Positions 25,063 to 37,665 are shown, counted from the stretch's first letter. The stretch: DNA of 64,000 nt from Schmidtea polychroa (GCA_044892525.1 CM097886.1:11098001-11162000), one strand, 5' to 3'. Program-made: numbers and translations. Notes: generated by a model from the letters alone, not told the origin.

Positions 25063-26095
25063 TGATCGTCGTTTTCATCTTCCGACTGACACGTAGATTC
25101 CTCACTTTTCCGGCCATTTTTTAATTGTGCCCCTACCCTTTCCATTTCTTTAAATTGATGATCTGTAATAAAGAATCTAGCCAAAAATGGAATACAACCA
25201 ATAATTAATTTCCATGGTCATCCCGATATTGCATATATTCGATGTACTGACAACATTTGCGACACTACCACCTTTGCCGTTATCACAATCACGTAAATTC
25301 CAATTAAACTTGCACATACTTGCCCCAAAAACATGAACTTACCCCAAATCCTTTCCATCGTTTTGTATGTAGCTCGTTTGAAATGATCATGTATTAGCAA
25401 ATTTTCGTAATTTACTGTTCCTTCTCCATTCGGTAATACCGTGTCAATCATTTCTGAAATTATCCGTTCCTTCTTGGATGGAAACAACAAATTCCTTTGA
25501 GCTTCTTCGATATCTTCGCTCGCATACAAACCCATTTGTGCCATTTTGTTTAGTGATGAGAAATTTATCAGGTATTCTAAATTTGTTAATTCTAGTTTGT
25601 CTGGAGTCTTGACCCCACGATAATCTGGTAATGCTATCCATGAATCTGTCGCTAATCGGTATAAAGGGGCTAATAATCGATTGCATTGCAAAATCTTTGG
25701 TTTAGTTTGTTCATCAAGCAAGATTTATTTAGGCTTACTGGTAATTCGTTCGTACATTTTTCGTATTTAGCAATTTTCACTGTGACTTCTTTGCATTTGT
25801 AACTGTATAACGCTTCTCCAAATATTCTCACAAACACTCCATTTTCTGATATTAGTCTAGGTGCTACTAAATTTGGATTCGTAATTGCCATCGCCATCCG
25901 ATTTCGTAGAATCTCTTTATTTAACTTGCAATCGTTCAGAATCAATTCTCTATATACATTTTCCATTATGTTCTAACTAAAATGAAACAAATAATCAATT
26001 TTATTAATAAAATAATGAGTAAGTTTAATATCATCTCTATGAATTTTAATTTTTGCTTCTTCCACAACTTTTCTAGACACGTAAACACCTTCATA
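25063..26095 (-). pseudogene. C-terminal half of a chuvirus-type glycoprotein
   Basis: TYEGVYVS..HYFINKIDYLF, YRELILNDC, GEALYSYKC..V, CTNELPV, C..LLAPLY, MGLY..DI...LLFP, WGKFMFLGQVCASLIGIYVIV TM, acidic tail. Confidence 0.78.
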
Positions 26096-26302
26096 AGTGG
26101 AGGGGACAAAATATATTGTCNNNNNNNNNNNNNNNNNNNNNNNNNNNNNNNNNNNNNNNNNNNNNNNNNNNNNNNNNNNNNNNNNNNNNNNNNNNNNNNN
26201 NNNNNNNNNNNNNNNNNNNNNNNNNNNNNNNNNNNNNNNNNNNNNNNNNNNNNNNNNNNNNNNNNNNNNNNNNNNNNNNNNNNNNNNNNNNNNNNNNNNN
26301 NN

Positions 26303-27110
26303 AGTGTGATCAGTACCCTTGATAAAACTATATATAATTATAATAATAATGTTTTTATTAATTGCAATGTCATTGTTTGGGATTGGAAAAACACACTTAA
26401 TTAGTTTGATATAGTTTTAAAAATTTGAAAGTTTGAGGGTATGACCATCATAGTCACCTTTGAATTACTTTTTGTTTGATAAATATACTATATAGTTTTA
26501 AAGGTTTTGGAACCCTTGTAGGTTTTTAATTTTGAAGGTTAAGCACCCTTCATAAACCTTTGAAATAGTGACAATGAAACTTATATCTCAAATACCTTTT
26601 GTTTAATATGTTTATTATTAGTTTTTAAAATTTTTGAACCTTGGACCTTTCGAGAGTTTGACATACGAACTTACCATCAAAAGTCTTTTTGAATGATATA
26701 TAACTTGTAAGATTTGAAAAACATTTAAGTTTGAATACCCTTTTAAGGTTATTAACCCATCATAAACAAATACTTTTTGAATGATCACATATTATAAGAT
26801 TTGAAAGAAATCGAAGTTTTTTTGACCCTTGGAAGGTTCAGGACTCACCATAAACCTTTGAGGGCATGACCATCATACTCAATTCTCAAATACTTTCGAA
26901 TGAGCTATGGTTCAATAAAATCCATTGACTCCTAAAATTCAAATTTTAAAATTTGAACTTAAAAAATATTACCTTGACTTTAAAAAATATGAACTAGACC
27001 TTAAAATATGGCCATGACGTTAAAAATGACTTTGAATGAGTCAATAACATTGAATGAGTCATCCTATGAGTCATGGTCTTTGTTTCAATGACCTTGATTG
27101 AGCGATACGA
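26303..27110 (-). repeat. Degenerate copy of the subterminal arm seen at 34700-35900 and 42763-44340
   Basis: Shared blocks gagggtatgaccatcat, gaccttaaaatatggcc and atgagtcatggtctttgtttcaatgaccttgat. Confidence 0.7.
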
Positions 27111-27354
27111 TCTTGGATGAGTTTAAAGAATAAATTTTATTTTAATTTATGTTGTAATATTTTTTGTTATTTACATATATTGTGTTAATAAAAAAATTAT
27201 TGCTACATTATGCCCTTTATTACTACAGTGTCCTGTACGTTCGTTCTGCATACAAATACGCTACAATAAATTAAAACTATATTAAAACATTACTAAAAAT
27301 ATTTTGCGCTCCTCCCCCGAAAAAGGTTTCTGCAGGCGTTCATGGATGATCGAG

Positions 27355-27660
27355 CAACTAATTTTTTTCTGGATGGTATGCAATAGAAGCTGTGTGTCAT
27401 GCTAACAAATTAAATACAAAATATTAACAGATCCATCAGTTCTCAACATTTAAAGGATTTAATGATTGAAATGATTCCCGATAAAGATGCTGTAACTTTA
27501 ATTATTAGCAACACTGGAATTGTAATGACAAAGGCAGGTTTAATTAACAATTTGAGAACAATTGAATGATCTGGAACTAAAGCATTAGTGAAAACACTTC
27601 AGGTTGGGTCTTATATTTCAATGATAGGACAATTTGGTATAGAGTTCTACTCATTTCACC
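27355..27660 (+). pseudogene. HSP90: HSP90 N-terminal ATPase-domain fragment
   Basis: [68 protein letters not shown]; contains stops and frameshifts. Confidence 0.88.
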
Positions 27661-28330
27661 ACATTTAGTTTTGTTTATTAAGAAGTAAATGAGTAGTAAG
27701 AGCAGAATCACAGTTGAAAGTTATTATTGAAAAATGGACCTAAACGAAAGACGGACACAGGCCTTCTATCGGCCTTCAGTGAAACCTTCGAGCACTTGCC
27801 GATTATAGGGTACGCTCACTTTTCACTGGTACTTACCAACTCGATGAAGTTCCAACGTTGATCACTCAACGGTTATCGAGTGGTACAACATTCTCGTATT
27901 CTGGGTTACGCTGGAAACAGCACGAAATGGTAAAATGTAAACGATTGAACTCATATAGTCAACTTCATTTTTCTTTCCCAAAACGCCAACATAATATTGA
28001 ATTAAATACTGGTTATCAAAATTTTGTAACAATATAATTTAATTTAAAGTTAATTTAAAATTTTGTAATTTAATTGGATTTAATTTTATACTGTTCAATA
28101 GATAATAAAAAAAAATTTCATTATTAAAATCTGAATAAATTTATTAAATATTTCTTGCTTTCTAAATTTACTAAATTTTGGTAATTCGACAGTTCTTCTA
28201 GCTCTAACTGTTAAAATAAATTTATTATAATTGTTTTGACAATGAATTTTGAAGATTTCAATAATTAGTAAAAAACTTTGACAACCATAATCTTTAAATA
28301 AAAATTGTTATCATTTGTTTTAAAAAATTT

Positions 28331-28883
28331 ATGACTCCTTTATACGTACTATATTGCTCAATATTGTTAATAGTAACATTATGTTTTGTTCTTTCTGATA
28401 GATCATTCAAGTTGGATGAGGATACAGTTAAAGATAAAGAGTAAATGTTAATTGTTTTCATTTAAAATATTTTAAGAATTTGAAATATTATTCTTTAAGT
28501 ATTTATAAATTAAGGCATTTGAATGATCATGCCAAAGACGAAAAAATGAAAAAACCTATTGACGCAATGACTGATGAAGAATTGGAATTTTTTTATTTCC
28601 ATGAGCATGATAAGGATCATAATAAATTGTTGGACGGAAATGAACTTTTTATGTCTGTAATTGAACATATGGAACATGGTAATTTAGATAAAGCATGTTT
28701 GTAACTAATTTTTCCTTAGAGGATAAATATAAATCCGCAAAAGCTGACAATAATACAGCAGAGCAGTTTCAAGAAGGCGATATTCGAACTTTTATTTCTA
28801 ATATTTTATTATTTGATAATAATAATGATGGTTATTTAGATTTAAAAGAATTTAGAAAAATTTATGGAAATAAACACGAGTAA
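28331..28883 (+). CDS. MCFD2: MCFD2-like EF-hand ER cargo receptor; 3 exons (28331-28440, 28515-28678, 28720-28883), 145 aa, intact
   Basis: Signal peptide MTPLYVLYCSILLIVTLCFVLS; EHL..AMTDEELEFFYFHEHDKDHNKLLDGNEL; second EF-hand FDNNNDGYLDLKEF; GT-AG introns of 74 and 41 nt keep the frame. Confidence 0.9.
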
Positions 28884-29699
28884 TACATTCCTATGTTTTT
28901 ATCCACCTGCTTTTTAAAACTTTCAATTTATTAAATACAAATATTTGTATGATAAAAAGTGAATTTATTTTATATTTATGCAATTATTAAAAATTTTTAA
29001 ATATATTTTTTATTAAAACAGAAGTATTATATTTGTAAGCAAGGAAATCTGAACAAGTTGAAGATATGGATCTCACAAATCAGTTAAAGAAAAGTTCAGG
29101 TCAAATGGGCATCCCTTAAATATCTAAACAATCATAAATTTCCTACTCAAGACAATAAGTCATAAATTAAATACATTTTAAATATAGTGGTTTAATATAT
29201 TGGTTTGAATATTTTGTTTGATTTTAATGAGATGACCTTTTTAACAAACTGCTAGTGTATAACAACTGTGACTAGGAAATTTTGATACTGTATAAAATTG
29301 GAGGTTAGCAAAGGACAAGACTTATGATTAAAATTACCGATGTCCTAGGATTGACGAACGATTGATTTGTTTTCCGAGGTCCTTTTTAATGCCTAAAATA
29401 CTTGTTAATTTCTAGTGCAACTCTTCACATGGCAAAATGTAATTGGTGTCGGGTGTTCCTTGTCTCAAAGGAAAGCAACTCGTCTTCTCGTGAAATCTTG
29501 TGGAATGAACGATAGTCAGCTCGTGAATCTCGGTTTCGACTTACTTTAATATTAGTATGTATATTCTTATATTGATTTGGTCTCGTGACCAGCTTTTGGA
29601 GTTTCTAATTTGCATGTTTGGCATTTGGGTGCAACTAGGTACTTTCGATTACACGACATCTAATATTTAGGTGATTGAATTTATCCGTTTGTTGAATAG

Positions 29700-30400
29700 A
29701 GTAGGTAGTTAGTAGCCCCTGCCGCAATGATCCCCCTAGAAAAAATTTTGCGGCAACTCGTTTTTTTTGCTTTTTTGATTACGCAATTGTTGCAGTGGGC
29801 TACTTATTTTTTTTTTCAATACAAATAAAGGGGCCTATAGGAAAAAGCCAGGATTTCTCTGACTATAGTGAGCAGCTCTCGATGGAACCTGAGGATTTCA
29901 ATACAAAAAAGGGTCTACACTAAAAGAGCATAGAATTTTCTGACTATAGTGGTCCTGTGATTTTCAATACAAAATCCGACAATCACTAAAAAAGCATAGT
30001 AATTTAAGGTCTCAGGATATTTTCAATAGAAAAAGATGGTCTTCAATAAAAAAGCATGGTAAATTTTTGAATTAAAGTAAATTATGGTCTAAAAATTGAA
30101 TTACAGTAAATTATAGAAAAACAGCCAGGATTTCTCTGACTATAGTGAGAGGGTCTCCTTGGTCCAGTGATTTTCAATACAAATTTCAATTATCACTAAA
30201 AAGCATGCAATTTTCCAAGTAAATTAAAATCAGCTCCTTGGTCCTGAGAATTTCAATACAATAAAAGGTCATCACTAAAAAGCAAGGATTTCTCCAATTA
30301 TTTTTAAGGTAGGTATCAATGGTCCTAGGATTTTCAATACAGAAAAGAGGTCTACACTAAAAAAAAGTTTAATAAAAAGGTAAATTATAGGTAAAATTTT
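29700..30400 (+). mobile_element. Polinton-like terminus (AGTAGGTAG) followed by degenerate tandem repeats
   Basis: AGTAGGTAGTTAGTAG start; recurring ggatttctctgactatagtg and ttttcaatac..cactaaaa motifs. Confidence 0.5.
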
Positions 30401-31880
30401 TAAATTAAAGTAATTTATGTTCTAATAAACAATCAAACCAAATCATCTACAATACAGCAGTGTGTGTACAAATACTGCTGGAAGAAAAATAACATGTCGC
30501 ATTACTTTATATAAGCTGTGCTAATGCCGAAAATCTCATTCGGATTTGTCTATTGATAAAATCTATTACAATAACTTTACTGATTTTCATTGCCTTTTTA
30601 ATCAACCAAAGCAGGTAGATGTGAGCCCGCTGGCACAAAGACCTATGACTCGTCACTTTTCAGTGATGACTCATCGTGTAGAGGGTGAGTCAGGGGTCAT
30701 GTGGGTGTATCATATATGTGTGTATGACTCATGGGATTTGTTCTACAGCGGTTCAAACCCATCATGTCGGGTGAAACGCATGAGTCATATATCTTTCAAA
30801 ATTTTTCTAAGGTAGATGTGAGCCCGCTGGCACAAAGACCTATGACTCGTCACTTTTCAGTGATGACTCATCATGTAGAGGGTGAGTCAGGGGTCACGTG
30901 GGTGTATCATATGTGTGTGTATGACTCATGGTCTGTGTTCTACAACATGTCAAACCCATAATGTCGGGTGAAAAGCATGAGTCATATATATTTTTCAAAA
31001 TTTTTCTAAGTCAAGACAAAGACATGTACCCCCCCCCAAAGCAAAAAATTTTTATGACTCATACTTTTTAAAAATTTTTCTAAGTTAGAACAAAGACATG
31101 TAACTCATAGCATTAATTTTTATGAATCATTATTATTTCAAAATATTACTATTATAATTAATATTATTATTATTGATATTATTACTATTTAAATTATTAT
31201 TATTATTATTAAACATCCTTAGTATTATTAATATTATTTTTTAAAATTATTGAATGACTTTAATATTGCATCTGAATTGCATCTTTCTTTATTAACTGTA
31301 TTGCCGCTGTCTTTCTTAATCATATATTTTTTTTCTATCCTATTATCTTTCAATTTATTTAAAATATTATTATTAATATTATTATTATTATTTTTTTTTC
31401 TAAATCAATAACAAATAACTGATTAAAAATTTATTGATTAAAAAATCTATTAAAAACCAAGAGAAAGTCTTGCACGTTTTAATCTCCATATTGGAGAATA
31501 AATATTGTTTTGGTCCACTTTGAATTCTAAGTTAGAACAAAGACATGTATCCCCTCCCCCTATTTTAAAATTTTTTATTATATATATTTTTTTCAAACAA
31601 TTTTAGTTTCTAATTATTATTATTATTTCAAAATATTATTTATATTATTATTGATATTATTACTATTTAAATTATTATTATCATTAAACATCCTTACTAT
31701 TATTAATATTATTTTTTAAAATTATTGAATGACTTTAATATTGCATTTGAATTGCATCTTTCTTTATTAAACTTGCAACTGTATTGCCGCGGTCTTTGTT
31801 AATCATATATTTTCTATCCTTATTTGTGTTAGCAAGGGTCATTATATAATAACTTATACAAATTATTATTAAAACAACCA

Positions 31881-32417
31881 ATGAAAGCCATACACATAAA
31901 TGGTATAAATAAAATGAAAAACAAAAAAATCATATTTCATTTAAAAATGAACGGGGAAATAATTGAAATTTTAAACGGAGTGGTATCAAATGAAAAAGGA
32001 GGTGAATTAATCACAAATATTCAAATTCTCGTGGATGAAGCCATGAAAATTTACAGAAGGAATCCCGTCGATTTTTCGTGGATCCTCACAAGGAAAACCA
32101 TAAATGCAAAGGAAAATGCATTTAAAAGCATATTTTATTCCTTATTTGAAAATATGAAGTGGTCACGGGTCATCGTGGCTTTCTTATACATGAAAATTAT
32201 TTTACAAAGTTCGGAAGAGAACTATGAAAGATATTTTTAAAATAATATCTAGATAATTCAAAATGAAATTTCGCCATGGGTATCAGAAAATGGATCCTGG
32301 AATGTCATTAATGAAATTGTTGAAAAACGAAAATCTCAAGACAAGACAAAATTAATTTTAATAATGTTTGGAATTACTGTATGTTGTTTTTCTATAAAAT
32401 ATATTTTTAAAAATTAA
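31881..32417 (+). pseudogene. Bcl-2 family homolog with C-terminal membrane anchor (short disrupted stretch at 32238-32252)
   Basis: BH1 SLFENMKWSRVIVAFLY; past two in-frame stops, BH2 IIQNEISPWVSENGSW and TM LILIMFGITVCCFSIKYIF. Confidence 0.8.
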
Positions 32418-33008
32418 TACTTCTTTTATTCTTTAATATTGTAAAATAAAAAAAAAATTAATCTTTATTATTTATTACACTATAACATTCGCATTCCTCG
32501 TCACCACATTTATTATCTTTATTTGTTTCTTCATCATCGTTCATATTTTTGTCATATTGTGCATCATCCAATATATGATTATATATATTTATTCCGGTCA
32601 TTTCTAATATTTTTTCGGCTAAATACTTTATCCGATCATCTATAAAAAGAATTAAAAAATAATAATATTAATAATAAAATACCTTTTTCATTTAAAGTAG
32701 ACATTTTATGTATTTTATGTATTATGTGTCTTTGTTTATTTGCATGTTTATTGCACATGTCTTTATGTTATTCATGTGATGACTTAGTCATCTCTTTGTT
32801 AAAAATACTCATCATTTCCTTGTTTAAATTTAGTAGTCATGTCTTTCTAATTTACATGCTATTTTTTTTCTAACCAATCACAATTCTGATTGGTCAATTT
32901 TATCATTTCACTAAATACTCAATTTCGATTGGTCGGTGAGTAAATCTTTTTGTTTTGATATTATGTATAAACATCACTTTTAATTTCACTTTTAGAAAAT
33001 TTCAAAAT

Positions 33009-33491
33009 ATGAACAAGCAAATATTCATGACTAAAGAAGAAGAATCGATTTCGCGAAAATGTAAATTTATTATTTTTATTTTTAAACTTGAATTTATTAT
33101 TATGTTTTAGGAAATGTTTGTCACTTTTTCATTGGGAATCCGAAAAAAGCTCGTTTAGGAAACATACAGCAAAGTAAAATTTATTTAATTTTTAAAACTT
33201 TATTAATATTTTCCTATTAGATGTTTTAGCTTCAACTTCCGCTTCTATTCGATCCAATTTTTTGCCTGTGGATATTGATGAAGAAGGTAAATTAAATTAT
33301 TATTAATATTCAAAATATTAATATATATTCAGAAAACAACCAAAATTTACCCAACAAATCTCGCAGGAATGACAAAAAAGAAAAATATTTAATGAACAAT
33401 GCCATTCAAAACCCAAACATGCCCAATATTTCGACAAATGCCAACCAAAAATTAACCAACAAGTCTCGCAGGAAGAACAAAAAAGAAAAAT
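33009..33491 (+). pseudogene. Small spliced gene of unknown function (exons 33009-33060, 33111-33173, 33221-33286, 33333-33491)
   Basis: Three GT-AG introns (50, 47, 46 nt); exons 2-4 form one open frame ending in repeated NKSRR..KKEK; exon 1/2 junction creates TGA; CCAAT boxes at ~32870-32940. Confidence 0.55.
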
Positions 33492-34280
33492 GTAAGTGTT
33501 TTCAAATTGAAATATGTGATTCGAATAATTTATTTAATAATTATGATATAGATATTTTAAAGTAATTTATATTTTAGTTTTTATTACGTTTTTATAAAAT
33601 AATAACTGTTTTCCAATTGAAATATGTGATTCGAATAATTTATTTAATAATTACGATATATATATCTTTTTTCAAGTAATTTATATTTTATTATGTTTTT
33701 AAAAATAAAATTATTTAAGTTGATAACTATTATGAAATTTATTTTCAAAAATATTATTATTATCATGTAAATTTTTCCAATTGAAATATGTGATTCTGAT
33801 ATTTTATATAATAATAAGTAATTCATAGTTTATTACTTTTTATAAAATAAATAATTCAAAATAATTATCGATTTTTTTAAAAATTATTTTATTTGGAAAA
33901 ATTTACATTTTAATAATATTTTTGAAAATAAATTTCATAATAGTTATCAACTTAAATAATTTTATTTCATAATTTAAAAAATATAATTTATTAGTTGTCA
34001 TTAAAGATATTGTTATAAATAAAGATGAAAAATATTTTTAAACCTAATATTTTACACAGGTAAATTATACCCTGATTGTTGTCAAAGGACAGATCATGGG
34101 CCTGGTTGTCACGATACTATGGATAATTATTATAGTAAAACTTACTATAATAAAAAATATTACATATGTCCCATATGCATGACTCTAAACGTAAACGAAT
34201 ATATTGATTTTTATAATCAACATAAAAATCATTTATCCTATTTTGAAAGTAATAAAAAAGAAATTTTTTCAACATTAATT

Positions 34281-34765
34281 AAACATTTAATGAAATAGTT
34301 AATTCCGATAAAAAAATTATAACAAATTCTGAGGAAACTGAAATTATTGCACCAGAACCTATAGTAATTACTGAGGTTATAACAATTTCTGATGACGATG
34401 AAAATGTACAAGAAGAAGAAGATGGAGCTGAAGATCACGAGGAAGACCGTAGAGAAGATAGGCCAGAAGATGGTGGAGAAGATGGAGCTGAAGATGGTGG
34501 AGAAGATCGTGACGAAGACCGTAGAGAAGATCGCGAGGAAGATCGTGAGGAAGATCGTGAGGAAGATCGTGGAGAAGATGGAGCTGAAGATGGTGCTGAA
34601 GATGGGCCAGAAGATGGTGGAGAAGGCCTTGGAGAAGATGGTGAAAATTTACCAGTGATCGAATATGATTTGAATCGATCGCATAAGGTAATAAAATTAA
34701 ACATTGAAACAAAGAACATGACTCACTCAAGGTCATATGATGACTCATCAAGGCCATATTTTTAA
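34281..34765 (+). CDS. Acidic low-complexity reading frame (EDxx repeats) with SIM-like motif; no ATG, not in the ORF track
   Basis: Open frame ..EPIVITEVITISDDDENVQEEEDGAEDHEEDRREDRPEDGGEDG..; 12-nt GAAGAT periodicity. Confidence 0.5.
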
Positions 34766-34935
34766 GGCCAAGGTCATATTTTTAAGGTCAAGGTCATATT
34801 TTTAAAGGTCAAGGTCATATTTTTAAGGTCAAGGTCATATTTTTAAGGTCAAGGTCATATTTCTAAAGGTCAAGGTCATATTTTTTAAGGTCAAGATCAT
34901 ATTTTTAAGGTCAAGGCCATATTTTAAGGTCAAAC
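34740..34935 (+). repeat. ~21-bp tandem array of AGGTCAAGGTCATATTTT
   Basis: About 8 units; inverted copy at ~44150-44280. Confidence 0.9.
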
Positions 34936-34949
34936 CTTCACCAAAGGGT

Positions 34950-35600
34950 ATCATTCGAAAGGTATTTGAGAGGTCTATCTAATGGTCATATCCTCGAAGG
35001 TGTATGGTTGGTCAATAACCTTCAAAGGGTCAAAAACCTTCGAATATTTTCAAACTTTATATTATATATATCAGTCGAAAGGTATTTGAGAGGTAAGTAT
35101 GATAGTCATACCCTCGAAGGTGTATGGTGGGTCCTCGGCCTTCAAAGAGTCAAAAACCTTCGAATTTTTTCAAACTTTATAATATATATATATCAGTCGA
35201 AAGGTATTTGAGAGGTCTATCTAATGGTCATATCATCGAAGGTGTATGGTTGGTCAATAACCTTTAAAGGGTCAAAAACCTTCGAATATTTTCAAACTTT
35301 ATAATATATATATCAGTCGAAAGGTATTTGAGAGGTCTATCTAATGGTCATATCCTCGAAGGTGTATGGTTGGTCAATAACCTTTAAAGGGTCAAAAACC
35401 TTCGATTTTTTTCAAATTTTATAATATATATATCAGTCGAAAGGTATTTGAGAGGTCTATCTAATGGCTATATCCTCAAAGGTATATGGTGGGTCAATAA
35501 CCTTCAAAGGGTATCCAAAATTAAATATTTTTCAAATCATATAATATATATATATATCATTCAAAAGGACTTTTGATGGTGAGTTCGAAGGTCCAAGGGT
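34950..35600 (+). repeat. ~120-122-bp tandem repeat
   Basis: About 5 units of tcagtcgaaaggtatttgagaggt...aaactttataatatatata. Confidence 0.92.
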
Positions 35601-36069
35601 CGAAGGGTCCAAGGTTCAAAAATTTTAAAACCTTATAATATACATATCAAACAAAAGGTAATTTAAAGATGAGTATGATGGTCCAAGTTTGAAGGTCAAA
35701 AGAGTCCAAGGATCCAAGGTTTAAATTTTTCAAACCTTATAATATACATATCAAACAAACGGTAATAAAATTCATAATAAAACTCATTTATTTTTTGAAC
35801 AAACTCATCATTTTCAGAACATAGACAATGACGCGCCCATGGGATTTATTATTTATTACTATCAAATGTATTATTATTATTTATTATTATTAATTTCAAT
35901 ATTATTTATTATTATTATTATTTTCGAAGATATTTTCAAAATTTATTATTAATAATATTATTATTATTATAATTATTATTATTATTACTATTATTATTAT
36001 TGTCGATGTTTTATTATTATTTACTTAAATATTCATAAAACTTAATTTCTGCCTCAATTTACGATTTTC

Positions 36070-36260
36070 AATATTTGATGATTATTTTCAGGAACATTTT
36101 CATAATTTTAACGTTTTCATCATTTTCAATATTTTCATCATTTTTTAATATTTTCACGATTTTCAACATTTTCAGGAACATTTTCATTATTTTCAACGTT
36201 TTCATCATTTTCAACATTTTCATAATTTTCACGATTTTCAATATTTTCATGATCATTATC
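36070..36260 (-). repeat. 9/18-bp GAAAAT(GAT/GTT) repeat; inverted copy at 41370-41560
   Basis: Periodic gaaaatgatgaaaatgtt. Confidence 0.85.
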
Positions 36261-36864
36261 TTCAAAATTCTTATTTTAGTTATAAAATATCATTTTCAAA
36301 ATTATTTTCAAATTTCTTATTNNNNNNNNNNNNNNNNNNNNNNNNNNNNNNNNNNNNNNNNNNNNNNNNNNNNNNNNNNNNNNNNNNNNNNNNNNNNNNN
36401 NNNNNNNNNNNNNNNNNNNNNNNNNNNNNNNNNNNNNNNNNNNNNNNNNNNNNNNNNNNNNNNNNNNNNNNNNNNNGACAAAATATTTTGTCCCCCCTAT
36501 GGGTACTGCTCACACTCAACATGTTGCAAGGGTACTAGTCATGCTTATTATTATTGTTATACAATATGATGTTACTTAGACATTTGAAGGTTCAACCATG
36601 GTTACAATTTCTACATTTTGAAAACGCTAATTTGATTGGCTATCTCAATTTTTATAAATGTAAAAACCAAAGTAATTTAGTTATTAAGAAATTTATTTAT
36701 TACTGATTTCTACAAGTATGAATATGATTGTGTAAATCACAAAACACATTTAGTAACTTTATTATTTTGTCAATATTTTTTTTTATATATGTCATTTATA
36801 GCAAGGAAGTCCTACTAGAAATAAGGAAAAATTAAGTCCAACCTATTCCGAAGATAAGCGTTCA

Positions 36865-37315
36865 TTGAAATTTTTTAACAGCACAGTTGAAGATTTTATA
36901 AATAATCATGATACTTACACTGATAAGGAAATCATAAATCTTTTAAAAATTTTCAAACATTCCTCTATTGAATATTTGATTGAATTATTTAATTATGATA
37001 AATGCATTTTGAAGTTATTTAATGTATTTAGAAAAAAAACAATGGTAAACAACGATTCACTGAATGAATACTTTTGGAGTTGTATGTATTTAAGGTTGAA
37101 ACCGGGATATAGTAGATTGATTTATGAATGGATAGCAAAAGCCGATTTGATTGAAAATAAGCTAACGGAAAAACTGAACGATGTTAAGAAAAGTTTCGGT
37201 TTTGTATTTACCGTGTGGTCACGTAATTGTTTGTTCTAAGTGTCACGATAAGAATGTTCACAATTGTCAAGCCTGTTCAACACTGAATAATGAATATCAC
37301 ACTATATACATGTAA
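36865..37315 (+). pseudogene. Helical N-terminal domain plus C-terminal IAP/MDM2-type RING finger (frameshifted)
   Basis: 124-aa ORF; an overlapping frame 37181-37315 reads MLRKVSVLYLPCGHVIVCSKCHDKNVHNCQACSTLNNEYHTIYM*; the first Cys pair is degenerate. Confidence 0.7.
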
Positions 37316-37399
37316 GTTTTCAATACAAATCAATACAATATCAAAGTCAAATGAATTATTACCATACATAATGACGGTACTATAATGTAGAAAATTTTC

Positions 37400-37665
37400 A
37401 AACATTGAATAATATGAAATCATCTTTGTAATTAAATATATTGGGCGCAACTACCAAATGTTGATGATATGATGGATAGTTTGGTATTTATAATATTATT
37501 TTAGATTATTCAGAATGAAATATACCCATGAGTTCATCAAAATGGGAAAAGATCTTCGCAAGAACCATGAAGATGCTGGAAAAGCCGAAGAAACCCTAAT
37601 CAATATTTTAAAGTTGATATTATGTGTTACAGTAGTATTGGGTTATTTTTGTTTCGTAAATAAAT
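37400..37665 (+). pseudogene. Second Bcl-2-like remnant, related to 31881-32417
   Basis: IIQNEIYP*VHQNG (BH2, Trp codon mutated to TGA), then TM-like ILKLILCVTVVLGYFCF. Confidence 0.55.

Noticed and set aside
24675-26404. ORFs containing long X runs (also at 10.9k, 36k, 41k, 42.5k, 43.2k and 54.4k)
   Set aside because: Artefacts of translating across N gaps.
27760-27790. Possible second hammerhead (CTGAAGGCC...GGCC on the minus strand)
   Set aside because: Lacks the CUGANGA and GAAA core.
32238-32252. In-frame TAA/TAG inside Bcl-2 suggesting stop-to-Gln recoding or an intron
   Set aside because: MCFD2 and element genes end at ordinary TAA stops; no phase-compatible donor found; compensating indels explain it better.
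34377-34757. His/Leu-rich, Ser-rich and Met/Lys-rich ORFs in the track
   Set aside because: Alternative-frame shadows of the 12-nt GAAGAT repeat.
34950-35600. CRISPR-like regular array and its short ORFs
   Set aside because: Whole units repeat with no unique spacers; eukaryotic context; no cas genes.
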